Assembly: GCA_963739305.1 (NCBI GenBank)
Contig: CAVTZU010000010.1
Location: 53,279-117,278 of the forward strand
From: Candidatus Bathyarchaeota archaeon
GTDB taxonomy: Archaea; Thermoproteota; Bathyarchaeia; Bathyarchaeales; Bathycorpusculaceae
Length of the DNA stretch: 64,000 bases
Direction of reading: 5' to 3'
The notes below the pieces were generated by a model. That model was not told the origin of the DNA and searched no databases. It was given only the letters and a program-made list of their open reading frames with translations. Shown piece after piece: positions 30,546 to 40,682 of the stretch. Position numbers and translations under genes: made by a program. Positions within the stretch are counted from its first letter, which is position 1. The number at the start of each line of letters is the position of its first letter.

Positions 30546-31067
30546 TTGGCGCCAACAAAAGCCCAAAGGCACACTATCGATCAGGAATTGAAGAAGTGGC
30601 TTTCTCACGCGGAAAGAATTGTTCTCGCAGGCATTGGAAACCCGATTCGAAAAGACGATTTCGTCGGGGTCAGAATTATCCAGAGTCTACGGAAGAAAAC
30701 GCCTTCAGAAAATGTTATGTTGATGGAGTGCGAAACGGTCCCAGAAGCATTTGCACAGCAGATAGTCGACTTCAAACCTTCCCATGTCTTGCTGATAGAT
30801 GCTGCAGTGCTCGAGCTGCAGCCCGGCGAGAGCAGACTGATTGAGCCTGAAAAGCTGGCGTCGCCTCCTGCATACTCAAGCCACATGCTTCCACTCAGGC
30901 TCTTCTGCGAATACATTTCACGGATGACGAACGCGAGAATTGCATTGCTGCTGATACAGCCGAAAGAAACGGATTTCGGAGAAGCGTTATCGCCGGAACT
31001 CGAGGTCTCTGCGAAGAAGATTTCAGAGATTTTAAGTTCGATTCTTCGCTGCAGAAGCGGAGTCTAG
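30546..31067 (+). CDS. hycI: Hydrogenase maturation endopeptidase (HycI-like)
   Basis: GIGNPIRKDDFVG, ETVPE, IDAA and SSHMLPL; directly after mvhA. Confidence 0.88.
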   Translation: MAPTKAQRHTIDQELKKWLSHAERIVLAGIGNPIRKDDFVGVRIIQSLRKKTPSENVMLMECETVPEAFAQQIVDFKPSHVLLIDAAVLELQPGESRLIEPEKLASPPAYSSHMLPLRLFCEYISRMTNARIALLLIQPKETDFGEALSPELEVSAKKISEILSSILRCRSGV

Positions 31068-31696
31068 TCCGCGAGGTTCTTCTTGAGTCGCAACTCATCT
31101 CTTATGGGCAAGTTTCCTATACCACGAAGGATCTTTCCGTGCTTTATCGCGATAGCGTTGGGTTTGACTTCGCAGATTTGAAAGCCGAGCTTTTGGTAGA
31201 AGCCTAGAGCTGGCAAATCGTCATTTGACGTTGAAACGAGCAGCATTTTCTTCTTGGTTCTTTCAGCTTCGCGCTCAACCTCCGCAATCAATCGTCTGCC
31301 AATGCCAAGTGATTGGTGCTCAGGCAGGATCCCGAGGGCTACGATTATCGTGGCGTCATCTAATTCTTCGGTTGAAACGAACCCGACGAACTTGTTTTTC
31401 AACCTCGCTACGTATCCTGGGAGTTCTGATACGTTGAATTCTCTGTCAAACGTGAGCTGTTCTTCTTCGCCCCAGAAGGTTCTGACGAATTTGCTGATGG
31501 ATCCCTTGTCCCCGTTGGACTTCTGGGTAATTGTGTAAGTCGGCTGGACCTTTTTCTCGTGATTTGGACAGATTGTTCTGAGTTGGGTGTGTTCTCCGCA
31601 GAGAAGTTGTCCGCAAACGGCACACTTGTACACGGCGTCTCTTGTGCAGTAGCGACACTTCAAACGTTCTTCCTCCTGTCTGTGATGTTCTGTCAA
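31064..31696 (-). CDS. GNAT acetyltransferase with N-terminal Cys/His zinc finger
   Basis: CRYC..CAVC..CGEH..CPNH, then QSLGIGRRL and TSNDDLPALGFYQKLGF. Confidence 0.8.
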   Translation of the reverse strand: MTEHHRQEEERLKCRYCTRDAVYKCAVCGQLLCGEHTQLRTICPNHEKKVQPTYTITQKSNGDKGSISKFVRTFWGEEEQLTFDREFNVSELPGYVARLKNKFVGFVSTEELDDATIIVALGILPEHQSLGIGRRLIAEVEREAERTKKKMLLVSTSNDDLPALGFYQKLGFQICEVKPNAIAIKHGKILRGIGNLPIRDELRLKKNLAD

Positions 31697-31755
31697 AAAG
31701 TATATAACAACAGAGCTTCAGTTAAGCTAGAAAAGTGTTTGAGGGAGTTTGGCAG

Positions 31756-32277
31756 ATGTGCGTGTTAGGCAAAGACAAGTTGAAAGAGCTTATCGACAAT
31801 TACAGAGTTGTTTATCCTTACGATTTTAATCTGCTAGATGGTGACGGGTACATACTGACGGTCAGGGAGGAGACGACTCTTCACTATCTGGAGCACAGGA
31901 ACCTGATATCTCATGAAGTGATCTTTGTCCCGCCAAACTTCGTGGCGCATCTCACAGCCAAAAGTAAGTACGGGCGTCTGGGGCTCTCGTTCCTGAACGC
32001 TGCCAAAGTTCACAGTGGATTCGTAGGAAGACTGGCGCTGGAGCTGGTGAACCTTAGCAACGATCATCATCCTATCACCATCAAACGTGGAGATCCCTTC
32101 ATGCACGTGGAGTTCGTGACGAGAGAAGGAGAGCCTTCACCGTACATGGGCGAGTACCAGTTCCAGTACATGAGCGAAGATGAGATGCAGATGTACGTTC
32201 CAATCATGAAAAAAGTGTTTCCGAACTACGACGAGCTAGGCAAAACTTGGTTCAAGAACAAGAGACTTCTAACTTAG
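31756..32277 (+). CDS. dcd: dCTP deaminase/dUTPase superfamily protein
   Basis: KSKYGRLGL, VHSGFVGRLALELVN and PYMGEYQFQ. Confidence 0.75.
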   Translation: MCVLGKDKLKELIDNYRVVYPYDFNLLDGDGYILTVREETTLHYLEHRNLISHEVIFVPPNFVAHLTAKSKYGRLGLSFLNAAKVHSGFVGRLALELVNLSNDHHPITIKRGDPFMHVEFVTREGEPSPYMGEYQFQYMSEDEMQMYVPIMKKVFPNYDELGKTWFKNKRLLT

Positions 32278-32420
32278 GACATTTTCGCGCGCCCTGACAA
32301 GTTGACTTAGAATTCATATTTCTAGGTCAGAAAGTAAATCAGTTATCTGAATAAGTATGCTTAGTCTTGACTGTAAAATGTTTAAATATCGCGGCTAAAG
32401 GTAAGCTAAGGGGAAAAACC

Positions 32421-32939
32421 ATGCGAGCCAAAAATTATAGAGCCGTAAAAGGACAGAACTACACGAGAAGAGAGTTCGTCAAAGGTTTTCCACAGCCTAA
32501 GATCACCAAGTTCACTATGGGCGACACGAAAAGCAAGTTCGAGTACGAAGGGAAACTGATATCCCTTGAAGCGGCTCAAATTCGCCACAACGCTCTTGAA
32601 GCTGCGCGTGTGGCTACTAACCGCATGCTGATGGAAAAACTCATAGACAAGTACCAACTGCAGGTTTATCCTTACCCGCACATCATACTTCGCGAAAACA
32701 AGATGATTTTCGGTGCACACGCAGACCGTCTTCAGGACGGCATGCGCAGGTCTTTTGGGAAACCGATAGGAACGGCTGCACGGGTCAGGCCTGGTCAGAC
32801 GATTATCAGTGTTTTCGTTAATCATGACGCTGTTGACCTTATGAAGGAATGTTTGAAACGTGGGAGCGCAAAGCTTCCTATGCCTTGTAAAATAACGATT
32901 GAGAAGTTGAACATCGTAGAGGCGAACCCCGTTGACTGA
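32421..32939 (+). CDS. rpl10e: 50S ribosomal protein L10e/uL16
   Basis: QIRHNALEAARV, LRENK..AHADRLQDGMRRSFGKPIG and KLP. Confidence 0.95.
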   Translation: MRAKNYRAVKGQNYTRREFVKGFPQPKITKFTMGDTKSKFEYEGKLISLEAAQIRHNALEAARVATNRMLMEKLIDKYQLQVYPYPHIILRENKMIFGAHADRLQDGMRRSFGKPIGTAARVRPGQTIISVFVNHDAVDLMKECLKRGSAKLPMPCKITIEKLNIVEANPVD

Positions 32940-35385
32940 AATGAAAAAAGATCTGGTTCTCTGGTTTGAAGATCTGAGAAAAACGGACATCCCGTCAGTT
33001 GGAGGAAAAAACGCAAACCTCGGAGAAATGACGAGCGCTGGCATACCAGTTCCGCCTGGCTTTGCGATCGCGGCCTATGCATACAAGAAATTCATCGAAG
33101 AAACTAACATAGCAAAGAAGATTTACGAGATTATCGATGAATCGGTAACGGACAAGAACGATCCGGCGCAGTATGAAGTGGCCTCTATAAAGATCCGCGA
33201 ACTGATCGAGTCGACCTCGATGCCTAAAGAAATAGAAAACGCTGTCAAGAACGCCTACGAAGAGCTGAACAGAAAATTGAACATAAAAGACACGTTTGTG
33301 GCAGTCAGGTCGAGCGCAACAGCCGAAGACTTGGCAGACGCGTCTTTCGCGGGGCAACAAGAGACCTTCTTGAACGTTCGAGGAGTCAAAGGCGTTCTCC
33401 AAAACACCGTGAAATGCTGGTCCAGTCTGTTCACTCCACGTGCAATCTTTTACCGCAACGAGAAAGGCTTCGCACACGAAAAAGTCTTCATCAGCGTTGG
33501 GGTGCAGAAAATGGTTAATTCTAGAGCCGCAGGCGTCATGTTCACGTTGAACCCCGTCACGGGGGACACCTCCCAAATCGTTATCGAGGGCAATCACGGT
33601 TTAGGCGAAGCCGTCGTGTCAGGATCAGTGACACCGGATGATTTTGTTGTTGATAAAGAGTCAATGAAGATAACAGAGAGAAGGATCGCCAAAAAGACGA
33701 TTCAATACATTAGAGACCTGAAGACCGGGCACACGGTGCATGAGGAAGTGCCCCTCGAGATGCAGGAGGTGCCGTGCGTAACTGACGAAGAGATCATCAG
33801 ATTAGCAGAGTTGGCCAAACGGATCGAGAAGCATTATGGTAAACCTCAGGATATCGAGTGGGCAATTGACCGCGATATTCCGACCGCTCCAGCAAACACG
33901 TTCATAGTTCAGTCTAGACCCGAAACGGTTTGGAGCCAGAAGACCTCGGAAGAGACAGCCAAGGGCGAAGGCGAAGAAGTCAAAACGCCTGAACTCAAAG
34001 TCGTCGTGAGAGGAATAGCCGCTGGCAGACGAGGCTTCGGAATCGGCGTCGCCCGAGTCGTGTCAAGCCCGCAGGAAGCTGCCAAAGTGATGAAGAAAGG
34101 CGACGTGCTTGTCACAGACATGACCAACCCTGATTACGTGCCTTTCATGAAGCTTGCCGGGGCAATAGTCACCGACAAGGGCGGAGTAACATGCCACGCA
34201 GCGATCGTCAGCCGCGAACTGGGCATACCTTGCGTCGTGGGAACCGAAAATGCTACGCAGCTCATGCTCACCGGAAAGGAGTACACGGTTGATTCGAGAA
34301 GCGGCGTCGTGTATGAAGGCGCAGTAGCAACGTTGACAGCGCAGCTTACCTCAGCCTCAGCAGCAGGTGCAGGTCAAGCAGCCGCAGGCGGAATGTTCCA
34401 AGCTGTGCCAACAACCGCAACCAAGATTTACATGAACTTGGGTGTGCCCGAAAAAGTCGAAGATTACAAGGACCTCCCGTTTGAGGGGATCGGTCTGATG
34501 CGCATGGAATTCATCCTGGCGAGCTACATTGGCACTCACCCGCTTGAGTACGTGGAATCGGGACGAAGCCAAGAGTTTGTTGACAAGCTTGCAGAGGGAA
34601 TCGCGACGGTGGCGAGGGCTATACAGCCGCGGCCTGTTGTCGTTCGATTCAGCGACTTCAAGACAAACGAGTACAGAGACCTCAAGGGCGGGGACAAATA
34701 CGAGATTGTGGAAGCCAACCCGATGCTCGGCTGGAGAGGTTGTAGCCGCTACATCAGCAAGTGGTACGAGAAAGCCTACAGGCTCGAGTGTCAAGCAATA
34801 GTCAAGTGTCGAAAGGAATGGGGACTCAAGAACGTTTGGGTGATGCTTCCAGTGGTACGTACGTTGTGGGAAGCCAAAGCTGTTCTTGAAATAATGCGGC
34901 AAGAAGGCCTAGAAAGAACGAAAGACTTCAAAGTGTGGTTCATGGCTGAAACACCGTCGATCGCAATAATGGCTGACGAATTCTCGAAGCTGGTCGATGG
35001 ATACTCAATAGGCTCAAACGACATGACTCAAGGAATACTCATGATTGACCGAGACTCGGAACGTCTGGGGCAGATGGGGTATTTTGACGAAAGAGACCCA
35101 GCCGTGGAAAGAATAATAGCGCACCTGATCAGAGTAGCGCACGAAAACGGGGCAACAGTCTCAATATGCGGAGAAGGCCCATCGAACCTTCCCGATTTCG
35201 CGGAGTTCCTGGTAAGAGTCGGCATCGACAGCATATCAGTAAACAACGACGCGGTGATAGCGACGAAGAAGCTCGTTGCAAGCATAGAACAGAAGATCGT
35301 TCTCGAAAGGCTCACAGAGATAAACGAGAGAGCCCAAGGACACCCATTGAAGAAGCCAGTTCAACCGTGGGAATGGAACCCATAA
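32932..35385 (+). CDS. ppsA: Phosphoenolpyruvate synthase (pyruvate, water dikinase)
   Basis: VGGKNANLGEM, AVRSSATAED, phospho-His motif GGVTCHAAIVSRE, SIGSND and SICG. Confidence 0.95.
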   Translation: MTEMKKDLVLWFEDLRKTDIPSVGGKNANLGEMTSAGIPVPPGFAIAAYAYKKFIEETNIAKKIYEIIDESVTDKNDPAQYEVASIKIRELIESTSMPKEIENAVKNAYEELNRKLNIKDTFVAVRSSATAEDLADASFAGQQETFLNVRGVKGVLQNTVKCWSSLFTPRAIFYRNEKGFAHEKVFISVGVQKMVNSRAAGVMFTLNPVTGDTSQIVIEGNHGLGEAVVSGSVTPDDFVVDKESMKITERRIAKKTIQYIRDLKTGHTVHEEVPLEMQEVPCVTDEEIIRLAELAKRIEKHYGKPQDIEWAIDRDIPTAPANTFIVQSRPETVWSQKTSEETAKGEGEEVKTPELKVVVRGIAAGRRGFGIGVARVVSSPQEAAKVMKKGDVLVTDMTNPDYVPFMKLAGAIVTDKGGVTCHAAIVSRELGIPCVVGTENATQLMLTGKEYTVDSRSGVVYEGAVATLTAQLTSASAAGAGQAAAGGMFQAVPTTATKIYMNLGVPEKVEDYKDLPFEGIGLMRMEFILASYIGTHPLEYVESGRSQEFVDKLAEGIATVARAIQPRPVVVRFSDFKTNEYRDLKGGDKYEIVEANPMLGWRGCSRYISKWYEKAYRLECQAIVKCRKEWGLKNVWVMLPVVRTLWEAKAVLEIMRQEGLERTKDFKVWFMAETPSIAIMADEFSKLVDGYSIGSNDMTQGILMIDRDSERLGQMGYFDERDPAVERIIAHLIRVAHENGATVSICGEGPSNLPDFAEFLVRVGIDSISVNNDAVIATKKLVASIEQKIVLERLTEINERAQGHPLKKPVQPWEWNP

Positions 35386-35452
35386 GAAGAACCCAGACCC
35401 ATTCTTCATTTTGACCAAAGCATACATTCAGCAGAAATGTGGATGTGCTGTA

Positions 35453-36454
35453 ATGAAAGATTTTGATTTGGAAGAGGAAAGAATCAAGCAAGTAATCCAA
35501 AAACTCGGAGCCAAACGCGTCTTGATACAGGTTCCAGAAGGCCTGAAGCCTGAAGCCCCGCACATCGCGAAAACGATCGAAAAACTCGGGGTGCAGTCAA
35601 TTATCTCGGCAGATCCGTGCTACGGCGGCTGTGACCTGGCCATAGCGGAGGCTGAAAGCCTCGGGGTTGACCTGATAATTCATTATGGACACACAAAGCT
35701 CGTGAAGTACGAGCGTGTTCCAACGCTCTACATAGAAGCACGCGCGACGCTTAAGGTCGATTCTACGGTTGAAAAAGCGTTGCCTCTCCTGGAGAAATGG
35801 CGCAAGATAGGGCTTGCCACGACTGTTCAGCACGTTCAAACTTTGGACGAGGTCAGGGAAACGCTGATTCGCGCTGGCAAGACGGTGGCAATCGGAGATA
35901 CCAGACGGTTAAGCTATCCAGGCCAGGTTATTGGATGTGATTACAGCAACGTCATTTCGATAGCGAAAGACGTTGAAGCCTTTCTGTTCATAGGTGGTGG
36001 ACAGTTCCACGCTTTAGGCGTGGCCCTCTCAACATCAAAGCCGACGATTGCGGCGGATCCGTTTGATCAAAGGGCGTTCTCTGTCGACGCTGAAGCACAG
36101 AAAATCTTCAAACAGAGATGGGGATGCATAGAAGAGGCAAAGAAAGCGAAGAACTTTGGCGTTCTGGTCGGAATGAAAGCCATGCAGAAAAGGCTGGATG
36201 AAGCCTTGGATATCAAGAAGAAACTCGAAGAAAATGGAAAAACCGCGTATCTCCTGGCCGCCAAAGAGATTACACCAGAAGTCCTGATGGAATTTCCGAA
36301 TATCGATGCCTTCGTGAACACCGCTTGCCCAAGAATTTCATTGGATGATGCCTCTAAGTTCAAGAAACCAGTTTTGACGACTAACGAAGCATTGGTGATT
36401 ATCGACAAACTCTCTTGGGAAGAGCTATGCAAGAAAGGCTTGCTAGAAAGCTAG
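35453..36454 (+). CDS. dph2: Diphthamide biosynthesis enzyme Dph2
   Basis: Q.PEGLK, CYGGCD, HYGH, GQVIGC and TACPR. Confidence 0.93.
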   Translation: MKDFDLEEERIKQVIQKLGAKRVLIQVPEGLKPEAPHIAKTIEKLGVQSIISADPCYGGCDLAIAEAESLGVDLIIHYGHTKLVKYERVPTLYIEARATLKVDSTVEKALPLLEKWRKIGLATTVQHVQTLDEVRETLIRAGKTVAIGDTRRLSYPGQVIGCDYSNVISIAKDVEAFLFIGGGQFHALGVALSTSKPTIAADPFDQRAFSVDAEAQKIFKQRWGCIEEAKKAKNFGVLVGMKAMQKRLDEALDIKKKLEENGKTAYLLAAKEITPEVLMEFPNIDAFVNTACPRISLDDASKFKKPVLTTNEALVIIDKLSWEELCKKGLLES

Positions 36455-37113
36455 ACCTCGAACTGATGCTTTCAAGGGTCAAGCCTCACCCGACGCCGAC
36501 GCCAAGTTTGGAGCAATACACCATCTCTGCTCAAGCAGCCGCAACAATGCTCTACTTGGCCGCCTACGCAAAAGGGGACATAGTCGGGAAATGCGTTCTA
36601 GACTTGGGCTGCGGAACAGGCAGGCTCGCCTTGGGAGCAGCATTCCTCGGCGCAAAAAGCGTTGTCGGTGTAGACATAGACAGAAAAGCTGTGAGAACCG
36701 CTTATCAGAATGCCCTAGAAGCAGGACTAAAGCAAAAGGCACAGTGGGTTTCAGGAGACGTTGATTCTGTTCACGGAACCTTTGACACTGTGCTGCAGAA
36801 CCCGCCTTTTGGCGTCCAAAAACGCGGGGCAGACAGGAAATTCATAAAAAAAGCTTTAGAACTCGGGACCGTAGCCTATTCTCTTCACAAAAGACCTGGT
36901 CACGACACTAATCTTGCTAGAAAACTCAACGCGAGCACCGACGGTGTTTTGGCTGTTCCTCCGTCGCCTTTTGTGAAGGAATTCATCGAGGAAAACGGGG
37001 GAAGAGTCCAGGCTGTTTATGCTTTGCTGATGACTATCCCCCGCATGTTCGAGTTTCACACTGAAAAGAAACATGACACTATCGTGGATTTGTACATAAT
37101 GCGAAATAGATGA
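36427..37113 (+). CDS. METTL5-family N6-adenine methyltransferase
   Basis: LEQY, DLGCGTG and NPPFG; conserved position between dph2 and csl4. Confidence 0.88.
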   Translation: MQERLARKLDLELMLSRVKPHPTPTPSLEQYTISAQAAATMLYLAAYAKGDIVGKCVLDLGCGTGRLALGAAFLGAKSVVGVDIDRKAVRTAYQNALEAGLKQKAQWVSGDVDSVHGTFDTVLQNPPFGVQKRGADRKFIKKALELGTVAYSLHKRPGHDTNLARKLNASTDGVLAVPPSPFVKEFIEENGGRVQAVYALLMTIPRMFEFHTEKKHDTIVDLYIMRNR

Positions 37114-37295
37114 GGTACTCAGGCAAAACTACTAATCCTTGTGATAGGTTGATGGAGATTGCATGCGCCCAGGCGAATCAAAAGGTTTATTGAGAGGCTA
37201 AGAAAGTAGAGTTATGATCGTTTAGGATTTGGCCTCAACAAGAGATGCCTACGCATTTGTGTTGGAGCTAATCGGAAACAAGAAAAGGGTTTGGA

Positions 37296-37910
37296 ATGAC
37301 TTCAAAATCCAATGAACAGAAAACTGGTCAGCTTGTTGTGCCTGGAGATCGCATCGGCGTCATCGAAGAGTTCATCCCGGACGATGGAACTTTTGTCAGA
37401 GACGGCGTGATCTACTCTAAAGTTGTGGGTCGGGTTTTAATTGATCTCGCACGCAAACGAGTCACAGTTCACCAGCTTACTGAGGGCGCAAGAGTGCCCA
37501 TTACAGGAAGTACAGTCGTAGGACAAGTTTCGAATGCACAAAACGAAACCGCAGGCGTCCGCATTTTTGAAATAGAAAACGACAAAGTTAACGGTGCTTT
37601 CGCGGGTATACTGCACGTTTCAGACGTGCAGATGCGATACGTGGACTCGATGTTCGACGTGTGCAAGGCGGGAGACGTGATCAGAGCCAAGGTGATCAGC
37701 GAAAAAAACAGAACTTATCATCTGTCAACGAAGGACAGGAACTTGGGCGTCGTCTATGCTTTCTGCTCGAACTGTGGTACGTTGCTGGAGCCAAGAAGAC
37801 AAGGCATGCACTGTCCGAAGTGTGGGCGAGTTGAAAGACGTAAACTTGCTTCAGATTATGGTGCAGGATTGATTGAAGGCAGGAAAGGTGAGGACGAAGA
37901 TGAAGGTTAA
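37296..37910 (+). CDS. csl4: Exosome subunit Csl4
   Basis: VVPGD.IG..EEF, S1 domain, C-terminal zinc ribbon and ERRKLA. Confidence 0.93.
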   Translation: MTSKSNEQKTGQLVVPGDRIGVIEEFIPDDGTFVRDGVIYSKVVGRVLIDLARKRVTVHQLTEGARVPITGSTVVGQVSNAQNETAGVRIFEIENDKVNGAFAGILHVSDVQMRYVDSMFDVCKAGDVIRAKVISEKNRTYHLSTKDRNLGVVYAFCSNCGTLLEPRRQGMHCPKCGRVERRKLASDYGAGLIEGRKGEDEDEG

Positions 37911-38184
37911 CGTGCTCATAAAGAGTCCAACCGAGCTTAAGATCGAGGTTGAAGGGGCGGGTCACACGCTCTGTAACCTGTTACAGAAGAAATTGTTGGA
38001 AGAAGAAAACGTTGATCTTGCGGGTTACGATATTCCGCACCCTCTTGCACCAATCTCGATAATATATGTCCGCACGAAGGGCAGGGTCAAACCCGAACAA
38101 ATCTTGAAGAACGCCATAGAGAAAACTCGGGAAATGAACAAGGAATTTGGAAAAGAGTTGGCCAGGGCGCTTAAGGAAAAGTAA
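37900..38184 (+). CDS. rpoL: RNA polymerase subunit L (Rpo11)
   Basis: EGAGHTLCNLL and AGYDIPHPL. Confidence 0.93.
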   Translation: MKVNVLIKSPTELKIEVEGAGHTLCNLLQKKLLEEENVDLAGYDIPHPLAPISIIYVRTKGRVKPEQILKNAIEKTREMNKEFGKELARALKEK

Positions 38185-38566
38185 CTCTTTCTTTTGCTGC
38201 GACGAGCAGGCGAGTCAACGCCTCGACTGGATCGCCGATTTTTCTGATTGTGTTAACAGCCTCGTCCAGGCGTAGACAGTTGTCGAGCCAAGCATAGACC
38301 GCCAAGGCTTCTGCTGCATCCGCGAGCGAGTGACGCGACATTCTCGAAGGCAAGTACTCTCTAAGCCCAGCCTTTCTGAAAGCTTCTGCAAGAATGCTTC
38401 CCTTCACTTTGGTACCTTCAGGCTCCCCTTTTTTGTTGGACAGGGCCAGTGAATAGACGAAGTTGATATATGAGTCGCCGAGAGACGACAATCCGCGATC
38501 GGCTAAGACTTCGCCCAAGCTTTTGCGTCTCCAAGAAAATGAGCAAGCTACTTTGTGCTCCTTCAT
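38171..38566 (-). CDS. Archaeal ribonuclease III-like (Mini-III-like) protein
   Basis: LSSLGDSYINFVYSLAL and ADAAEAL RNase III signature-like motifs. Confidence 0.75.
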   Translation of the reverse strand: MKEHKVACSFSWRRKSLGEVLADRGLSSLGDSYINFVYSLALSNKKGEPEGTKVKGSILAEAFRKAGLREYLPSRMSRHSLADAAEALAVYAWLDNCLRLDEAVNTIRKIGDPVEALTRLLVAAKERVTFP

Positions 38567-38725
38567 GCCAAACCCACCAAATCAGACTTCACCTTAAGTT
38601 AATAACCCATACTCTCCCATGATGCGTCTGCCTATAGTCTTGCCGATTTCTTTCAGTGCAGTGGAGGAACTTCTTAATATTCCAGCAACGCTCAACCTAA
38701 TCAGGTTCGAGCAGGGAGGCTCAAG

Positions 38726-39406
38726 ATGTCAAGGTTCAAGACCAAAGCCAAGAAAATAGTTGAAGTCGCTGGCTTGAAATGGACCCCGATTGCAGGGAAA
38801 TTTTCGACTCATCCAGATAAAGCTGGGGATTCTGGCAGAAAACTCAGCATATGCGACGCCCTTAACTTGGTCAAGCGTCGGAACCTCGTTCTTTCCCTCT
38901 CCAAGGAGAATTGTGTTTGTCCAGGTGGCAGACACTTCACTGGCCTGGAAATTGTTCCGTTAGAAACAATCGCCCCAGCCCTGATAACAAAGAGACACAA
39001 GGTCTATGAATCAACGAAAATCGCTCTGGATTCGATAAGTAAACAACCGCAGCCTGTGAATAGAGGCGAATTCCTCACGCTGGGCCCTCTTGAAAAGTTT
39101 GAGACGGATCCTGATTTTGTCTTTCTTATTGCCAACCCCGCGCAGGCTGACAGAATTCTTGGGCTGATTTCCTTCAAGGGCGCTGAGCCTTTCATGTATT
39201 ATCCTTCGAGCAGCATATGCTCAACGATAACTAATGTCCTGGCGAAGGGAAGACCTGAAATTAACCTCATCTCGTTTTTTGAAAGAAGAGCGGGCAAGTG
39301 GTCTCCGAACGAGCTTGTACTTGCGATGCCTTTGAAGGATTTTGAGGCAGCAGTGGAAAATTTCTCCCGTTCTGGGTACGGACACACAGAAACATCCAAA
39401 ACATGA
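38726..39406 (+). CDS. DUF169 family protein
   Basis: PI..KF, C..L, CPGG...GL, GPLE, PD.V..IANP.QA and ELV..P pattern. Confidence 0.75.
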   Translation: MSRFKTKAKKIVEVAGLKWTPIAGKFSTHPDKAGDSGRKLSICDALNLVKRRNLVLSLSKENCVCPGGRHFTGLEIVPLETIAPALITKRHKVYESTKIALDSISKQPQPVNRGEFLTLGPLEKFETDPDFVFLIANPAQADRILGLISFKGAEPFMYYPSSSICSTITNVLAKGRPEINLISFFERRAGKWSPNELVLAMPLKDFEAAVENFSRSGYGHTETSKT

Positions 39407-39557
39407 ACGGGTGAGACGCTGATCCCACCTGAGTTCGTTGCCACGCTCAAATTTTCCGAATCAAATTGAAGTTGTCCATCCAACGAAAAAAAGGCAACAT
39501 CACAAATAACTTAACAGTATCCTGTTGTATAGAATGGAAAGTGTCTGAGGAGTTGCC

Positions 39558-40145
39558 TTGCCCCCGAAGAAGTTCCGCATAATCAAGCCTGAAATCCGTG
39601 TTCTTGGCGTTGATGACGGTGTGTTCGTTCCCCACTCGAAGGGTTTCGCGCCGATCATCGGAGTGGTTTTTCGGGGAGGATACTGGCTTGACGGTGTGAT
39701 GAGCACCAGAGTCAAGGTGGACGGTTTTGACGCCACGGAGAAAATCGCGCAGATGATAATGAATTCACCACACCGCAAGCAGCTGCGGGTCGTAATGCTT
39801 GACGGAGTCACGTTCGCAGGCTTCAACGTTGTCGACATTAGGAAACTTAACCGTAAAACGAACCTTCCGGTAATTGCGGTGACGCGGGACAGACCCGACT
39901 TCGCGGATATTCATAGAGCGTTGAAGAATTTGCCTGACCCCGAGAGACGCTGGAGAGCGGTTCTCAGTGCAGGAGACATCTTTGCGGTCAACACTAGAGG
40001 CAGGAAAGAGAAAGCGTACATGGAGATAAGTGGGATTCTGGAGGAAGATGCTCGGACAATTCTGAAGGTAACGTCGACGAGGAGCAGCGTGCCCGAGGCT
40101 TTGCGGGTAGCGCACCTCGTGGCTTCTGGCGTGAGCAAAGTGTAG
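39558..40145 (+). CDS. DUF99 family protein (endonuclease V-like fold)
   Basis: RVLGVDDG, DGFDAT, MLDGVTFAGFNVVD and PEALRVAHL. Confidence 0.88.
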   Translation: MPPKKFRIIKPEIRVLGVDDGVFVPHSKGFAPIIGVVFRGGYWLDGVMSTRVKVDGFDATEKIAQMIMNSPHRKQLRVVMLDGVTFAGFNVVDIRKLNRKTNLPVIAVTRDRPDFADIHRALKNLPDPERRWRAVLSAGDIFAVNTRGRKEKAYMEISGILEEDARTILKVTSTRSSVPEALRVAHLVASGVSKV

Positions 40146-40225
40146 CTCTGCTGTTTGCTTGAACCAGAAAACATTTAAAAGAGACCTTGCTATGGCTAAT
40201 GAAACGAATAATGGGGAATGATTCT

Positions 40226-40579
40226 ATGGAATTTTGCCCGAAATGTGGCACTCGACTTATTCCAAAAAAGACAAAGAAAGGAAAGGAAGAATCATTGGTC
40301 ATGGCTTGCCCCAAGTGCGGTTACAAGAAACCTTCTGCAGGAAAGAAGGTGGAGCCGAAAGTTGCCAAGGTGATCCAGCATAAACCGCAATCCCTCGTGG
40401 CAGTTATTGGAAAAGAAGAGCAGAAACTGAGGACGCTTCCAACCGTCAGGATAGAATGCCCAAAATGCGGGAACAACTCGGCTTACGTCTGGCAGGTACA
40501 AACAAGGGGCGCAGACGAATCTTCAACACAATTCTTGCGCTGCACGAAATGCAGCTACACATTCAGAGAATACTCGTAA
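40226..40579 (+). CDS. tfs: Transcription elongation factor S
   Basis: MEFCPKCG..CPKC and CPKCG...QTRGADE...CTKC. Confidence 0.92.
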   Translation: MEFCPKCGTRLIPKKTKKGKEESLVMACPKCGYKKPSAGKKVEPKVAKVIQHKPQSLVAVIGKEEQKLRTLPTVRIECPKCGNNSAYVWQVQTRGADESSTQFLRCTKCSYTFREYS

Positions 40580-40682
40580 ACAATGTGCGTCTAAGGGAGA
40601 AGTACTCACAGCAGTTTGAAGCTGAGAGAAATTAGGCTACTCTGAAGCGTATTTGAAGAACTATGATGCAAGCGCACGCTAA

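Noticed and set aside
37114-37295. ncRNA in the spacer before csl4
   Set aside because: No convincing C/D boxes or stable structure; a TATA-like element and 5' leader explain the spacer.
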